A DNA stretch of 64,000 bases from Thermoproteota archaeon (lineage in GTDB: Archaea; Korarchaeota; JAOZGF01; JAOZFZ01): positions 544,001-608,000 of the forward strand of contig JAOZFT010000004.1 in NCBI GenBank assembly GCA_027492035.1, given 5' to 3'. Positions 20,046 through 30,444 of the stretch are shown in pieces; the stretch's first letter is position 1; every line of letters starts with the position of its first letter. Below the pieces are notes generated by a model. It did not search any database and was not told the origin of the DNA. It saw nothing but the letters and a program-made list of their open reading frames with translations. A program made the translations under genes and the position numbers.

Positions 20046-22298
20046 ATGAAACTTTTAATCGGTAAAAAGAAAGATAAAAAGGAAGATAAGGGTATCACTA
20101 AAAAAGCAAAAGAAAGAAAGGAAGGCCTTTCATTAAAGAAACCAGAAAAAACAATCAAAAAGAGAAAACAAATAAAGAAAGGAAGGGAAGAAGGAAAGGA
20201 GAAGAAAAAAGGGTTTCTTAACATTTTTAAAAAGAAGGAAAAAAGGGAGAAACCTAAACCATTGACAGTAAGTTACCCTCCGTCAAATTGGGTAGAAATT
20301 GAAAGACACGTAGTTGACCCCCCTGCTGAAGTAGCTATTTACCTTGACCCAGAAACACAGGAAAAAAAATACTTTGTCCTAGAACCTAAAATGACTCCGC
20401 AAGAAGAAGAAGTCTGCGAATTATTGGCAGATATCTTAAAAAAAGAAATAAAACCTCCGGAGGAAGTTGAAGACAAGAAAAAATACATTTACAGTGAAAC
20501 AGAGCGTTTAATGAAGAAATATAAACTGCATAAAAGGAAAACTGTAAGGAAAGAAATTGTTCAGTACTACATTTTCAGGGACTTGGTAAGTTTCGGGCCT
20601 TTACATGCAATAATGAAAGATGACCAAATCGAGGACATAAGCTGTAACGGGGTGGGAATACCTATTTTTGTTTGGCACAGGAGGCATGAAAGCATGGAAA
20701 CTAACATCACTTTCACAGATGAAAAATACTTGGATGATTACACCATGAAACTTGTACACATGGCTGGTAAACACGTTTCTACAGCTAGACCTGTTGTAGA
20801 TGGAATGCTGGAAGGTAAACATAGAGTTGCAGTGGGTTATAAAAAGGAAGTAACAATGAAAGGGTCAGCCTTCACAATAAGAAAATTCAGGGAAGTTCCT
20901 TTCACTATAACAGACTTGCTGGAACTTGGGACTCTTGATGAATGGATAGCAGCCTATGTTTGGCTTGCATTAGATAACAGAATGCCTCTTTTCGTGGTAG
21001 GCGCCACAGCTGCAGGTAAAACAACTCTACTAAACTGTTTAGCAACCCTTATTAAGCCCTCCTTCAAAATAGTAACAGTTGAAGAAACACCTGAAATAAA
21101 CCTGTTCCATAAAAATTGGCTTCAATTCGCTGTAAGAGAAAAATATGGGGTAAGTGAAGAAAGCGTAGGCGAAGTTTCGCTTTTCGACCTTGTAAAAGCA
21201 ACCTTAAGGCATAGACCTGATTTCTTAATCGTTGGAGAAGTTAGAGGTGAAGAAGCGAGTGTAATGGTTCAAGCAATAGCTACAGGGCACTCTGGCTTAA
21301 CAACTTTCCACGCTGAAGATGTTGACAGTGCAGTTAAACGTTTAACTCAAAGACCCCTGAACATAGCTCCAGCCTACATCCCTCTACTTAAGGTTTTTCT
21401 GATGTTAAGGAGAGTTACTTTACCTGGTACGGACAAGACTGTGAGGAGAATAGTTGAAGTTCATGAGGTTTTAGGTTACGAAGGGGATAAACTTCAAACA
21501 TTCATAGTTTCTAAATGGGATCCTGTCACCGACACATTCAAGCATTCCTTTGAGAAAAGCTACAACCTAAGGAAGATCTCTGAAGAAACAGGGGTGCCTT
21601 TTGCAGCTGTCCTTAAAGAACTTGAAAATAGGGCGTCCTTCCTTCTAATGCTGAAAAAGAAGGGAGTAAAAACCTTTGCCGGTTTAGAGGAAGAGTTAAC
21701 AAAGTATTACGCCGGAAAAATCAAAATTGAAGTTGAGGAGATCAAAGGAATCGAAACAATTGAACCTCAGCCTCCAGAAACAAAGGAAAAATTAGTTAAA
21801 GATTTAGTTACTCCTATAAAGAAAGAAGTATCTAGAAAGATCCCAGAAATAGTTTTCTCGAAACCTAAAGAAACCTTTTTTGATGAAATAACTATTCCAA
21901 AAATTCAGTATCCTCTTAGGGAAGTGGAAGAAGGTACCAAAGAAAAAATCAGTGGAGGACCAGAACAAAGGGGAAGAGTTACTCCACCTTCATCAATAGA
22001 GACAGAACCTAAAGTAAAACTTGAAATGGAAACTGTCCAGAAGCCTGAAGGTAAACTAGAAATAAAAGAAAGTGAAGAACACCTAATACGTAAGAAAATA
22101 CTGGATATTTTAGTTTTAAACAGAGGAAAAGTAACAGTTGAAGAACTAGTTAAACGCTGCGGAGAAAAAAATATTTTCTACGTTCTTGACAAAATGAAGG
22201 ATGAAGGGTTAGTTTCGACTGATGTAGCTATTGTTTCAGGAACCCCTATTTTCTACTACATCCTAACCTTAAAAGGAAGAAAAGCTGCTTTCGAGTGA
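20046..22298 (+). CDS. type IV pilus assembly ATPase (TadA/VirB11/ArlI-like) with Lys-rich N-terminus and C-terminal winged helix
   Basis: IEDISCNG, FTIRKF, Walker A GATAAGKT, TVEETPE, LRHRPD...GEVRG.E, TGH..LTTFHA. Confidence 0.93.
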   Translation: MKLLIGKKKDKKEDKGITKKAKERKEGLSLKKPEKTIKKRKQIKKGREEGKEKKKGFLNIFKKKEKREKPKPLTVSYPPSNWVEIERHVVDPPAEVAIYLDPETQEKKYFVLEPKMTPQEEEVCELLADILKKEIKPPEEVEDKKKYIYSETERLMKKYKLHKRKTVRKEIVQYYIFRDLVSFGPLHAIMKDDQIEDISCNGVGIPIFVWHRRHESMETNITFTDEKYLDDYTMKLVHMAGKHVSTARPVVDGMLEGKHRVAVGYKKEVTMKGSAFTIRKFREVPFTITDLLELGTLDEWIAAYVWLALDNRMPLFVVGATAAGKTTLLNCLATLIKPSFKIVTVEETPEINLFHKNWLQFAVREKYGVSEESVGEVSLFDLVKATLRHRPDFLIVGEVRGEEASVMVQAIATGHSGLTTFHAEDVDSAVKRLTQRPLNIAPAYIPLLKVFLMLRRVTLPGTDKTVRRIVEVHEVLGYEGDKLQTFIVSKWDPVTDTFKHSFEKSYNLRKISEETGVPFAAVLKELENRASFLLMLKKKGVKTFAGLEEELTKYYAGKIKIEVEEIKGIETIEPQPPETKEKLVKDLVTPIKKEVSRKIPEIVFSKPKETFFDEITIPKIQYPLREVEEGTKEKISGGPEQRGRVTPPSSIETEPKVKLEMETVQKPEGKLEIKESEEHLIRKKILDILVLNRGKVTVEELVKRCGEKNIFYVLDKMKDEGLVSTDVAIVSGTPIFYYILTLKGRKAAFE

Positions 22299-22316
22299 AG
22301 AAGGTGCGGAAAGAAG

Positions 22317-24236
22317 GTGAAAAGGGGAATTCAATCCACTCAAACAATAAAACTTAGTTTTTTTGATAAATTGATTTCCTTTTCATTCTCTAACTTTGAA
22401 AAAATTGGTTTTTACCTATACAAAATCTTTAAACCTGTAGGGGAAAAAATGGAACTGGCGCAAATAAAAATATACCCCCCAGCCTATTTCTCATTTAGTT
22501 TTTTTGTATGTTTAGTTCTTTTCCTTGTTCTTCTGGCTTTCTCCACAATTCTGAATCTTGAAATTTACCATGTTCTCAATTTCCCCTTCTTCCATTTAAT
22601 TTTTAATTTCTTAGGTAAACCTGTATCAACCTACCAGTTTGTTGTCGTTTTCAGAGATAACCCTATCCTAAACCTGCTTTTCCTTAAACTTTTTTTCATC
22701 TTCCCTCTTCTGCTTTTCGTTATTTTCTTGGTTATTCCTGACATAAGACTTTCTATGTGGACTGAAGGATTAGAAACTGAAACTCCTTTCATTGGAACCT
22801 TTGTTTCTGTTATGGCTACTGGCGGAATAAGTCCCTATCACGCAATAAAGGCATTTGCTACAAATAAGATCCTTCCAACATTCTCCTTAATTGCCCAAAG
22901 AATAATAACTCTTGTTTCTGTTTTTGGAAAAGACCCTTTAACGGCTATCGAGGAGACAAGTAGGTACATTCCCTCAAGGGATCTGAAAGAATTGTTGACA
23001 GGTTATGTAACCTCTGTGAGGACAGGTGGAGATTTTGTACATTTCCTTTTTGTGAAAACTGAAACATTGTTCAGAGACCGGATAGTTAAGATGAGGCAAA
23101 TAGGGGAAAAAATGGGCATGTTAATGGAAGTCTTCATAGCCTTAACCATCCTTTTATCACTAGGATTATACGCAATATATATTGTGAACACAGCTTTACC
23201 TGAAACCTCGACCCCTTTCATGTCAGGAACCTCTTTCTTTGTCTTTGCATTCCTTTTCACTCCCTTCTTGTCAATGGTTTTTATTTACCTTATAGACCTC
23301 TTTGTGCCAAAGTACCCACATCCAGACTGGTCAATTTTAAAAGTTGGGATTATTTCGTTCATTATCTCCTCAATAATTTTCTTCACCTTCTTTATTGTTC
23401 CAGCTTTAAATCCATTACTCCTTTCAATCCCCTTCATAGGAAAAATCAATTCTATGTTTGACAAATTTATTTTCTCTTTGGGTTTCAGTTCTGGAGCTAG
23501 AACTCCGCTAATACTGGCTTTCTGGATAATTTTAGGCTCAGTTCCACCTGCAATTTTGGAAATTAAAAGAAGCAGAGAAGAAAGGGATGTAGAAGATAAT
23601 TTAGCCCTATTTCTAAGGGACTTGGTGGAAGCTAGAAAGGCAGGATTATCCCCTGAAAAATGCATAATTCAGTTAAAAGATAGAGATTATGGCTTCTTTT
23701 CGAAAAGGTTAAAGGTAATAGCTAATCAGTTGTCTTGGGGTGTCCCCCTACGAGAAATTTATCGTTACTTTGCTTCCACCACACGAACATGGCTCTCAAA
23801 AATGTTAGTGTTTCTACTTGTTGAAGCAATAGATTACGGGGGAGGATCAGTGAAAACCCTTGAAAGCTTGGCTATGTACAGTGAAATGATGAAAAGCGTC
23901 CAAAAAGAGAAAGAAGGAAACTTAAAACCTTTATTGATAGTTGTTTACTTAGGAACACTAATACTTGTTGTTGCAGTTATTCTTCTGCTCAGTTTCGTAA
24001 ATGTTTCATTGAAAATAGCAGGTTCAGGAGTTGCTTATGAATCCTTCCTTTCAAAGTTTGTTTCACCAATAATTATAAACGTTGCACTTTCAGGTTTAAT
24101 TGCAGGCAAAATTTCTTCAGGTTCAGTATCCACAGGGTTTAAACACATAGTTGCCTTGACTACGATTACCGTATTGGCACTGTGGTTAACTCCAATGATA
24201 TCCTCCATATTGGCTGCTTCATCAATCCCCCACTAA
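22317..24236 (+). CDS. type II secretion system F / TadC-like pilus membrane platform protein
   Basis: Two T2SSF-like cytoplasmic domains alternating with TM bundles; directly follows the ATPase. Confidence 0.9.
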   Translation: MKRGIQSTQTIKLSFFDKLISFSFSNFEKIGFYLYKIFKPVGEKMELAQIKIYPPAYFSFSFFVCLVLFLVLLAFSTILNLEIYHVLNFPFFHLIFNFLGKPVSTYQFVVVFRDNPILNLLFLKLFFIFPLLLFVIFLVIPDIRLSMWTEGLETETPFIGTFVSVMATGGISPYHAIKAFATNKILPTFSLIAQRIITLVSVFGKDPLTAIEETSRYIPSRDLKELLTGYVTSVRTGGDFVHFLFVKTETLFRDRIVKMRQIGEKMGMLMEVFIALTILLSLGLYAIYIVNTALPETSTPFMSGTSFFVFAFLFTPFLSMVFIYLIDLFVPKYPHPDWSILKVGIISFIISSIIFFTFFIVPALNPLLLSIPFIGKINSMFDKFIFSLGFSSGARTPLILAFWIILGSVPPAILEIKRSREERDVEDNLALFLRDLVEARKAGLSPEKCIIQLKDRDYGFFSKRLKVIANQLSWGVPLREIYRYFASTTRTWLSKMLVFLLVEAIDYGGGSVKTLESLAMYSEMMKSVQKEKEGNLKPLLIVVYLGTLILVVAVILLLSFVNVSLKIAGSGVAYESFLSKFVSPIIINVALSGLIAGKISSGSVSTGFKHIVALTTITVLALWLTPMISSILAASSIPH

Positions 24237-24267
24237 AAAAATTGTTTTAAAATAAGGTGTAAAAATT

Positions 24268-25185
24268 TTGGTTCGGTTGAAAGATTTTTTAAGGGTGAAC
24301 AGAAAGGAAGGAATGAAGGGAATATCACCAGTCATATCAATAGCAATCATAACCTTCTTTATACTTGGAGCCATTCTTATGGCTTACTACTTCATAAACA
24401 ACCTTGTACTCCTTAATGAAGGAGAGAAAGAGTTTAAGTTAGCGGAAGCCTCCATGATAAACTTTGCAAGAGACGTTGAAAGTGTAGCGTGGAACCTACA
24501 CTCCACCCAAAGTTCACAGTTCATACCGAAATATGGGTATCTACAGGTTTTAACTAATATATACAAGTTCAAGGTATTTGTTAATTACTCTTCAAGCCCT
24601 GACGAAATAGTAACTGATGCTGCACTTTTCCGCATGCCTGTTAGAAAATACACTAGGGGAAACAATTACCTCCAAAACCTCTATCCAGCAGCAAGTAAAC
24701 CGGAACCCATAAACTTCACAACTGAAAACATAAACGATCCCTTCATGAGGGTTTTCTCAGTTGAGAAACTACAGTACACAGACACAATAGATACAGTAAC
24801 TGTCCCAAGGGTTAAAATAATTAAGGAAGTATTTAAGTCACAAAACAGAAACATTACAAGGATTTGGGTGAAAATAATTAAACTTAAAAAATCCAGTTAC
24901 CCGGGAAAACCTCAACCAAACTACTTAGTTGCAACTTGCATAAACACTTCAGCTAAAGTTTATTCTTACCAAGTTAACTTGACGCAACTTCAAGCACTAA
25001 ACCTAAGAATCGAAATTGAACCACTGAACTTGCCCAACGACTATTTACAATTTAGAACCACTCCCTACAGTTTAAACATAAGAGACTTCCTGTTTAACGA
25101 ATTTTGTGGGGGTTATGCCTGCAGCGCCTGTACAGATGTTGAAATAATTATCGATGTAGCTGAAGTGGAGGTTAGGGTGTTTTAG
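24268..25185 (+). CDS. minor pilin-like protein (class III signal peptide)
   Basis: KG|ISPVISIAIITFFILGAIL. ATG 24313 is a possible start. Confidence 0.75.
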   Translation: MVRLKDFLRVNRKEGMKGISPVISIAIITFFILGAILMAYYFINNLVLLNEGEKEFKLAEASMINFARDVESVAWNLHSTQSSQFIPKYGYLQVLTNIYKFKVFVNYSSSPDEIVTDAALFRMPVRKYTRGNNYLQNLYPAASKPEPINFTTENINDPFMRVFSVEKLQYTDTIDTVTVPRVKIIKEVFKSQNRNITRIWVKIIKLKKSSYPGKPQPNYLVATCINTSAKVYSYQVNLTQLQALNLRIEIEPLNLPNDYLQFRTTPYSLNIRDFLFNEFCGGYACSACTDVEIIIDVAEVEVRVF

Positions 25186-25204
25186 ATGAAGGTGTTTTTA
25201 AGAA

Positions 25205-25699
25205 ATGCCAGCAGTAACTATTAGTCGTGTAATATTGTTTGCTGCAATGATAGCCTTAACTCTTTTCATGTTTTACAGAGCCCTGGTTTACCAAGGTTAC
25301 TATAGAGCCCAGACGTTCAGGGAATCAGCTAAAACAGTAGCGTATTTGATAGCTAACCAAATACAGCAGCTTTACGTTCTAGCTCAAAGCCCTGAAATAG
25401 AGAATGAAACAACTATACAGAAAATTTTAGATAAGCCAAACTCAATAGGTCTAAAACCATACAATTTATCTTTCATTTTAGAGGAGTATGTTAAAGGGGG
25501 AGAAACCCATAAAATAATAGAGGTTAAAGTTGTTTCTGGAAGAAACGCTACTGCATTGGTTCCTGTTGGAGATGATGTTGAACTACAACCCTCTTCGGTA
25601 ACTCTTCCCGGGTATAGACCAGTGACAGCTAATTGTTACAAAGAATTATTTGTTAACGGCTCAACAAATTATGTCTTTTCATTTACTGGGGGTGGTTGA
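25205..25699 (+). CDS. pilin-like membrane-anchored protein
   Basis: N-terminal hydrophobic helix followed by an amphipathic helix (AKTVAYLIANQIQQLY); lies in the pilus operon. Confidence 0.6.
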   Translation: MPAVTISRVILFAAMIALTLFMFYRALVYQGYYRAQTFRESAKTVAYLIANQIQQLYVLAQSPEIENETTIQKILDKPNSIGLKPYNLSFILEEYVKGGETHKIIEVKVVSGRNATALVPVGDDVELQPSSVTLPGYRPVTANCYKELFVNGSTNYVFSFTGGG

Positions 25700-26907
25700 A
25701 AGAAATGCCTTTTTCAGCAAGTATAGATTACGTTTTAGCAACTGTTATTTTGATGCTGATTATTTACCCCTTCCTAATGATTTCAATGGATAATGTAATG
25801 ATGCGTACAGTTAAAGTGAACAGTAAAGTTTCACTTTACCAAGAAGCAAACATTTTCCTTGATAACATGCTCCTATCCTACGGTTCACCAATAAACTGGT
25901 ACTTAAGCCAGAATCACAGCTTCAGTTACCCTATAGCTTTCGGTTTAGCTAAAACAAATGCTTCAAGCTACATATTAAGCCCTTTCAAAACAATGAGAAT
26001 AACACCTACTCAGCAAGTTGACTTAACAGGTCAACCAAGCGGTTTAGGAGTTGTTGAAGCCCTTTTTTACGACCCAACCACAAATTTTACATGTGTAGCC
26101 CCCACTTACTACTATGTACCGTACAGCTTTGTTTTAAACAATACAGGACTTGAAAATGCAGGTTTCAAGCTTGTTTTCACTCCTTTATTAGAAGTTTATA
26201 TGTTAACGCCTCAAGTAAGTGGAGGAAACATAATTTTCCCCCTTAAAATCACTAATGATAACGAACCGGTTCCAGAAGCCTCAATTAAAGGTTTCCTTTT
26301 CTATTTAAAAGACGAAAATGCTTCAATTTACCATAAATTTAACACCTCCCAAACAAATTATAAAGGGGAAGCATTCCTCACCTTCAACTATTTGCCACCT
26401 AAAGAATACCTCCTCCTAGTTGCGGTTTTAAGCGGTGATGAAGCAAACTACTGGTACTATTACCAAAGAGATTCCAACCTTTCATTTATTCAAACAGAAA
26501 TAGAAACCAGTAACCAAATCAAAGTTGTTAACAACAGAGGCCAAAACCTCAACTTCACAGTAATGCAGGTTTTGATTTCTAAAGATTCCCCTAAAGCATT
26601 TGTCCCCAGTACAATCGTTGAAAATGAGGAATTGGTAAGTGGGGATGGAGAAACAGTGAATTTAACTATTTCACAATCATATCTCTTATTAGCTGCAAAG
26701 GAGCTCAGTGGAGAAAAGGAAGGACACATTTACCTCCTCCCTTTTGGGCTGTTTGCAGGCGAAATCAAGCAGACACCACAAAGAACAGAATACCCCTATG
26801 GTGGAAACATATTACAGAGCCTAGAAACAATTACAGCCCAAAGAAACATAAGGGTGGGCGATATATCCTATAGAGTGAATTTTTACTTTTGGCCCCTAAG
26901 CAGGTGA
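25696..26907 (+). CDS. pilin-like protein of the pilus operon
   Basis: SIDYVLATVIL N-terminal helix, G.P.NW and FGLA motifs, many N-x-S/T sites. Confidence 0.6.
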   Translation: MKEMPFSASIDYVLATVILMLIIYPFLMISMDNVMMRTVKVNSKVSLYQEANIFLDNMLLSYGSPINWYLSQNHSFSYPIAFGLAKTNASSYILSPFKTMRITPTQQVDLTGQPSGLGVVEALFYDPTTNFTCVAPTYYYVPYSFVLNNTGLENAGFKLVFTPLLEVYMLTPQVSGGNIIFPLKITNDNEPVPEASIKGFLFYLKDENASIYHKFNTSQTNYKGEAFLTFNYLPPKEYLLLVAVLSGDEANYWYYYQRDSNLSFIQTEIETSNQIKVVNNRGQNLNFTVMQVLISKDSPKAFVPSTIVENEELVSGDGETVNLTISQSYLLLAAKELSGEKEGHIYLLPFGLFAGEIKQTPQRTEYPYGGNILQSLETITAQRNIRVGDISYRVNFYFWPLSR

Positions 26908-26916
26908 AGGAGAGAA

Positions 26917-28296
26917 ATGAAGAAAAACTTCAAGGAAATTTTCAAGAAAAGGAAAGGATGGCTTAGAACATTTGAACTCATATTGGCAGTGCCTATTGTA
27001 GCCTTTATAGTCTTATTTGCCGCCTACCTGGCACCAACCCCTTCACCTCAACAATACACTACGGTTCAACTTAAAGGGTTCGCCCTCAGCACACTTTCAA
27101 AATTAAACCAAAGAGGATACTTAACCCACGCAGTATATAATGAAGATTGGTTAGGATTAAAAAAGGAACTAGACACCTCCTTCCCTCCAAACATAATATA
27201 TAACTTCACAGTTTACAGGTACCAAGAAATAAATAAAACAGTGAGGCTTGGAGAAAAAATTAAAGAAGTGAGACTTGTAAAGGTAGGGCAAATCACCAAC
27301 TTTAAGGGTGTAAATAAACCTAAATGGGCTGAATCAGTGAATTACCATGTGTCAACCGCCCAAGTCACCTTCACGGTTGAGACGCAGAAATTAAACAAAA
27401 CAATTTATTTACTAGGTTGCACAGATGCTCCAGGATGGTGGATAACCGGTTATACTCCACACTCTTTAGCAATCCTAATGAAAAATTACTTAGACCCCTA
27501 CTTCACAAACGTGACAATAATAAATGACACAGATCAACTTGAAAACCTGTTTTTAAACCCACCAAACGGAACAATAATTATTAACTGCCACGGAGTAGCT
27601 GTGCCAATTCCTTCAAACTATGTTTCAGGAAATCTTCCAAACTGGCAAAGCTATATGCAAGATATTCGTGCAGGGATCATAAACCATAATTGGACATGGA
27701 TGAACATAGTAGGTTACCCATTCACCTATGTTTCAAACAGAAACTATGATAACTGTAACGACTGGGTTTGTGTCTGGGGGTGGATTGTTCAGCTTCTTAC
27801 AGGAGGAGATATTAGTGGTGAATGGGACTGTCAGTGCTGGACTTGGTGGGGAGTAACCGGGTTGTACGGTATAGGTCCCCCAGGATTAAGTATAGTAGTG
27901 ACCGGTTCATCCTCAACAGATAGCAGAATAAGTGACATAGGGGTTGTTAATGCAACCCAACTTGGTTTAGAGACAATGAACACTTACGGTATCCAGTACT
28001 CTCCTAACCAGTCCTTTTCAAGAGCTCTTGACCGTTCATGGATGGAAAGCAATGGTTGGCAGGTTCAACTTGAAACCTTTGAAGAAAGAAACGGTTATTG
28101 TTCAGCTGCGGTTTTCAACAGAAGCAACAGCAGCGGAAAACTAATAAACATCGGGTTATCAAGGCCTCCAGAACCAAGGGTTCCAGTTGTTACATTGCTT
28201 GCTTTAACCCATCCTAAACTTGAGCAAAGGATAGCTTCCATTGAGCAAGATTTAAGAGTTATTGTTTTGCAACTTACATATATTAGTGGTGGTTAA
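26917..28296 (+). CDS. minor pilin/adhesin-like protein (class III signal peptide)
   Basis: KKRKG|WLRTFELILAVPIV; Cys/Trp-rich internal segment. Confidence 0.7.
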   Translation: MKKNFKEIFKKRKGWLRTFELILAVPIVAFIVLFAAYLAPTPSPQQYTTVQLKGFALSTLSKLNQRGYLTHAVYNEDWLGLKKELDTSFPPNIIYNFTVYRYQEINKTVRLGEKIKEVRLVKVGQITNFKGVNKPKWAESVNYHVSTAQVTFTVETQKLNKTIYLLGCTDAPGWWITGYTPHSLAILMKNYLDPYFTNVTIINDTDQLENLFLNPPNGTIIINCHGVAVPIPSNYVSGNLPNWQSYMQDIRAGIINHNWTWMNIVGYPFTYVSNRNYDNCNDWVCVWGWIVQLLTGGDISGEWDCQCWTWWGVTGLYGIGPPGLSIVVTGSSSTDSRISDIGVVNATQLGLETMNTYGIQYSPNQSFSRALDRSWMESNGWQVQLETFEERNGYCSAAVFNRSNSSGKLINIGLSRPPEPRVPVVTLLALTHPKLEQRIASIEQDLRVIVLQLTYISGG

Positions 28297-28302
28297 AGGA
28301 AT

Positions 28303-30444
28303 ATGTTAAAGAAAAAATCTGTGCTAAAAAATGTAAAAAGGCTGCAGCATAAAATATTCAGTAGGAAAGCGCAAGTTTACATGTTAGGAATAATTCTTAT
28401 GGCATTGTTCCTCTTATCGACAGCTTTATTCCTTTATGTTAACACTTTAAGCCAAAGAGAAAGCTACTACGTCTACAGCGAAAATTTTGCTTCGTTAACC
28501 CAGTCAGTTAAAGAAGCTATTGAGAAAGTTGTTGCAGGAGCACTGGCGACGTACACAACCATTTTAGATGTTTCAGGGAACTCTTCCTTTGCAAGAATAA
28601 AGGCTGAAGAAGTTTTAAATGCGGGAATAAGGGTGCTCACGTCTTCCTTCTCCAATTACGGTCTTGAATTAAAGTATGAACCAGTAAACTGCTCTTTAGC
28701 AGATGAGGAACATCCTTACAGAAAAATAACCAGTGACGAAGTTTTTAAGGCCTACTGGTTCTACCCTGACAGTATTTCAGGTGTAGGAATAAGGTTTAGT
28801 TTTAATCTAACTGAAGTAGGGCTGTATAATTACAAAGTTTCAGGCCACGGCTCAGCATATTTTTCATTAAAAGTTAAGGTTCTGGAATCGAAAAGAAACA
28901 TTGTAAAAATATCGGTTACTGGAGAGGGGAATGTACCGGTTCTTAACCTGGATGAAACCATGATAAAATTATTTATCTATAACGGCTCAGTAAGAGAATG
29001 GGTGGAGGAAACACCGGAAATAGTTACAATTTTCCAAAACGGAACTTACATTCTTAACCATACAATACCTCCAAACTTCCATTTACCAACTATAAGTGGC
29101 GGGGTTGTACCAATAGCTTTAAAGGTTAGAGATCACAGGGGAGTAATAGTTAACGCTTTCGCTGTTCCAAGTTACACATACTCCCTTAGCATTAACCAGC
29201 CATACAATGGAAGAGACCCAAGTAAGGCTGTTTATGAAGTAGAGGTGCAAAATGATGGTGTGTGGCGTTTCTTGGGTCAAGAACTTGAATCCAGTAACTG
29301 CGACTACGGCCCAGTTCCGCCCTTGCCTGTGAGGTTGTTAAGAGTAAACGCCTCAAATGAAGTTATTCCTTTCCAAGTTGAGGACTGGAACAGCAACTTA
29401 ACAATTCCTTTAGGGTTATCTAACCCACATACTCATTTCCAAAAATCTAATAAGTTAGTGTTTCTCCTCAATTCAACTTTCAACACCGTAAAAATTTGGT
29501 GGAGTGACGACATGGACGCTGAACAAATAATAAACAAAACAGACCTGCAATATGACCCTGCAACGCGTTGGCACAGCAACACCTACTACAAAGGAAGAAT
29601 GGAAAAGTTGACAGTGCTTGGTTTTGATTTCCCAATTCCTCAATTAGCTCTTCAACATGCAGGGCATGAAGATGAATACATATTTGGAACTATAAACTCT
29701 CTCCCTCCATTCGGCTGGGCATCTTATTCAGACCCTGTCACTAACTGCCAAGCAAGGAACATGCTTTCGGTAGAAATGGAGTATCAATGGCAAACTTTAT
29801 TCTCATCTACACCTGATACATATGTTTTACTCATTGTTACTTTTCCAGCGCATGCAAAATACGCAACTTTCACGCTTCACTTAATAACTGATCGAGTGAC
29901 AGCTAAATCCATTTCTAACTTTGAAGTTTTGCGGTCATATAGAACATTTGCCCATTTCGCGGTTCAAGCGCATGATGATAACCAGTTCCAAGGATGTGGC
30001 TGTCTCCTTTGCCCTCCTCCCTACAAATTCTGTAATGATACTTCATGCAATATACACTGCTGTTGCCTCTGGTTTATAAGGTGCCTAGAATGGTGTGACT
30101 ACAATCAAGACAATGGTGAACATCATTGGTTAGCTCGATGGAATGACGATTTTGGTACAGGTTTAATGCTTACAACTAAAAATCTTGAACAACTCTATAA
30201 CTTCAGTTCAAGGGGGGGCATAATAATTGGTTTACTTAACGCATTATACTTAAAACCTGTCGACAATACTTTACTTTCCTCCTGCACTACAGGAAATTGG
30301 GTTTTAAGTGCTAATGGAAAATACGAAGTTTACACTTGGCAAGGGTTAATATGGATTTATGGAGGGGGCAGTTACCAAGAAATAGAGGATTACAGTGTAA
30401 TGGTGAGGGAGCCGCCAGAAATCTTAAGCATTTCTTCAACCTAA
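28303..30444 (+). CDS. large minor pilin/adhesin-like protein (class III signal peptide)
   Basis: SRKA|QVYMLGIILMALFLL; IPFQVEDW motif; 10-Cys segment near the C-terminus. Confidence 0.7.
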   Translation: MLKKKSVLKNVKRLQHKIFSRKAQVYMLGIILMALFLLSTALFLYVNTLSQRESYYVYSENFASLTQSVKEAIEKVVAGALATYTTILDVSGNSSFARIKAEEVLNAGIRVLTSSFSNYGLELKYEPVNCSLADEEHPYRKITSDEVFKAYWFYPDSISGVGIRFSFNLTEVGLYNYKVSGHGSAYFSLKVKVLESKRNIVKISVTGEGNVPVLNLDETMIKLFIYNGSVREWVEETPEIVTIFQNGTYILNHTIPPNFHLPTISGGVVPIALKVRDHRGVIVNAFAVPSYTYSLSINQPYNGRDPSKAVYEVEVQNDGVWRFLGQELESSNCDYGPVPPLPVRLLRVNASNEVIPFQVEDWNSNLTIPLGLSNPHTHFQKSNKLVFLLNSTFNTVKIWWSDDMDAEQIINKTDLQYDPATRWHSNTYYKGRMEKLTVLGFDFPIPQLALQHAGHEDEYIFGTINSLPPFGWASYSDPVTNCQARNMLSVEMEYQWQTLFSSTPDTYVLLIVTFPAHAKYATFTLHLITDRVTAKSISNFEVLRSYRTFAHFAVQAHDDNQFQGCGCLLCPPPYKFCNDTSCNIHCCCLWFIRCLEWCDYNQDNGEHHWLARWNDDFGTGLMLTTKNLEQLYNFSSRGGIIIGLLNALYLKPVDNTLLSSCTTGNWVLSANGKYEVYTWQGLIWIYGGGSYQEIEDYSVMVREPPEILSISST

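Noticed and set aside
20046-24236. Archaellum (arlI/arlJ) assignment
   Set aside because: No arlH/F/G or archaellin-type subunits; the filament proteins are short pilins.
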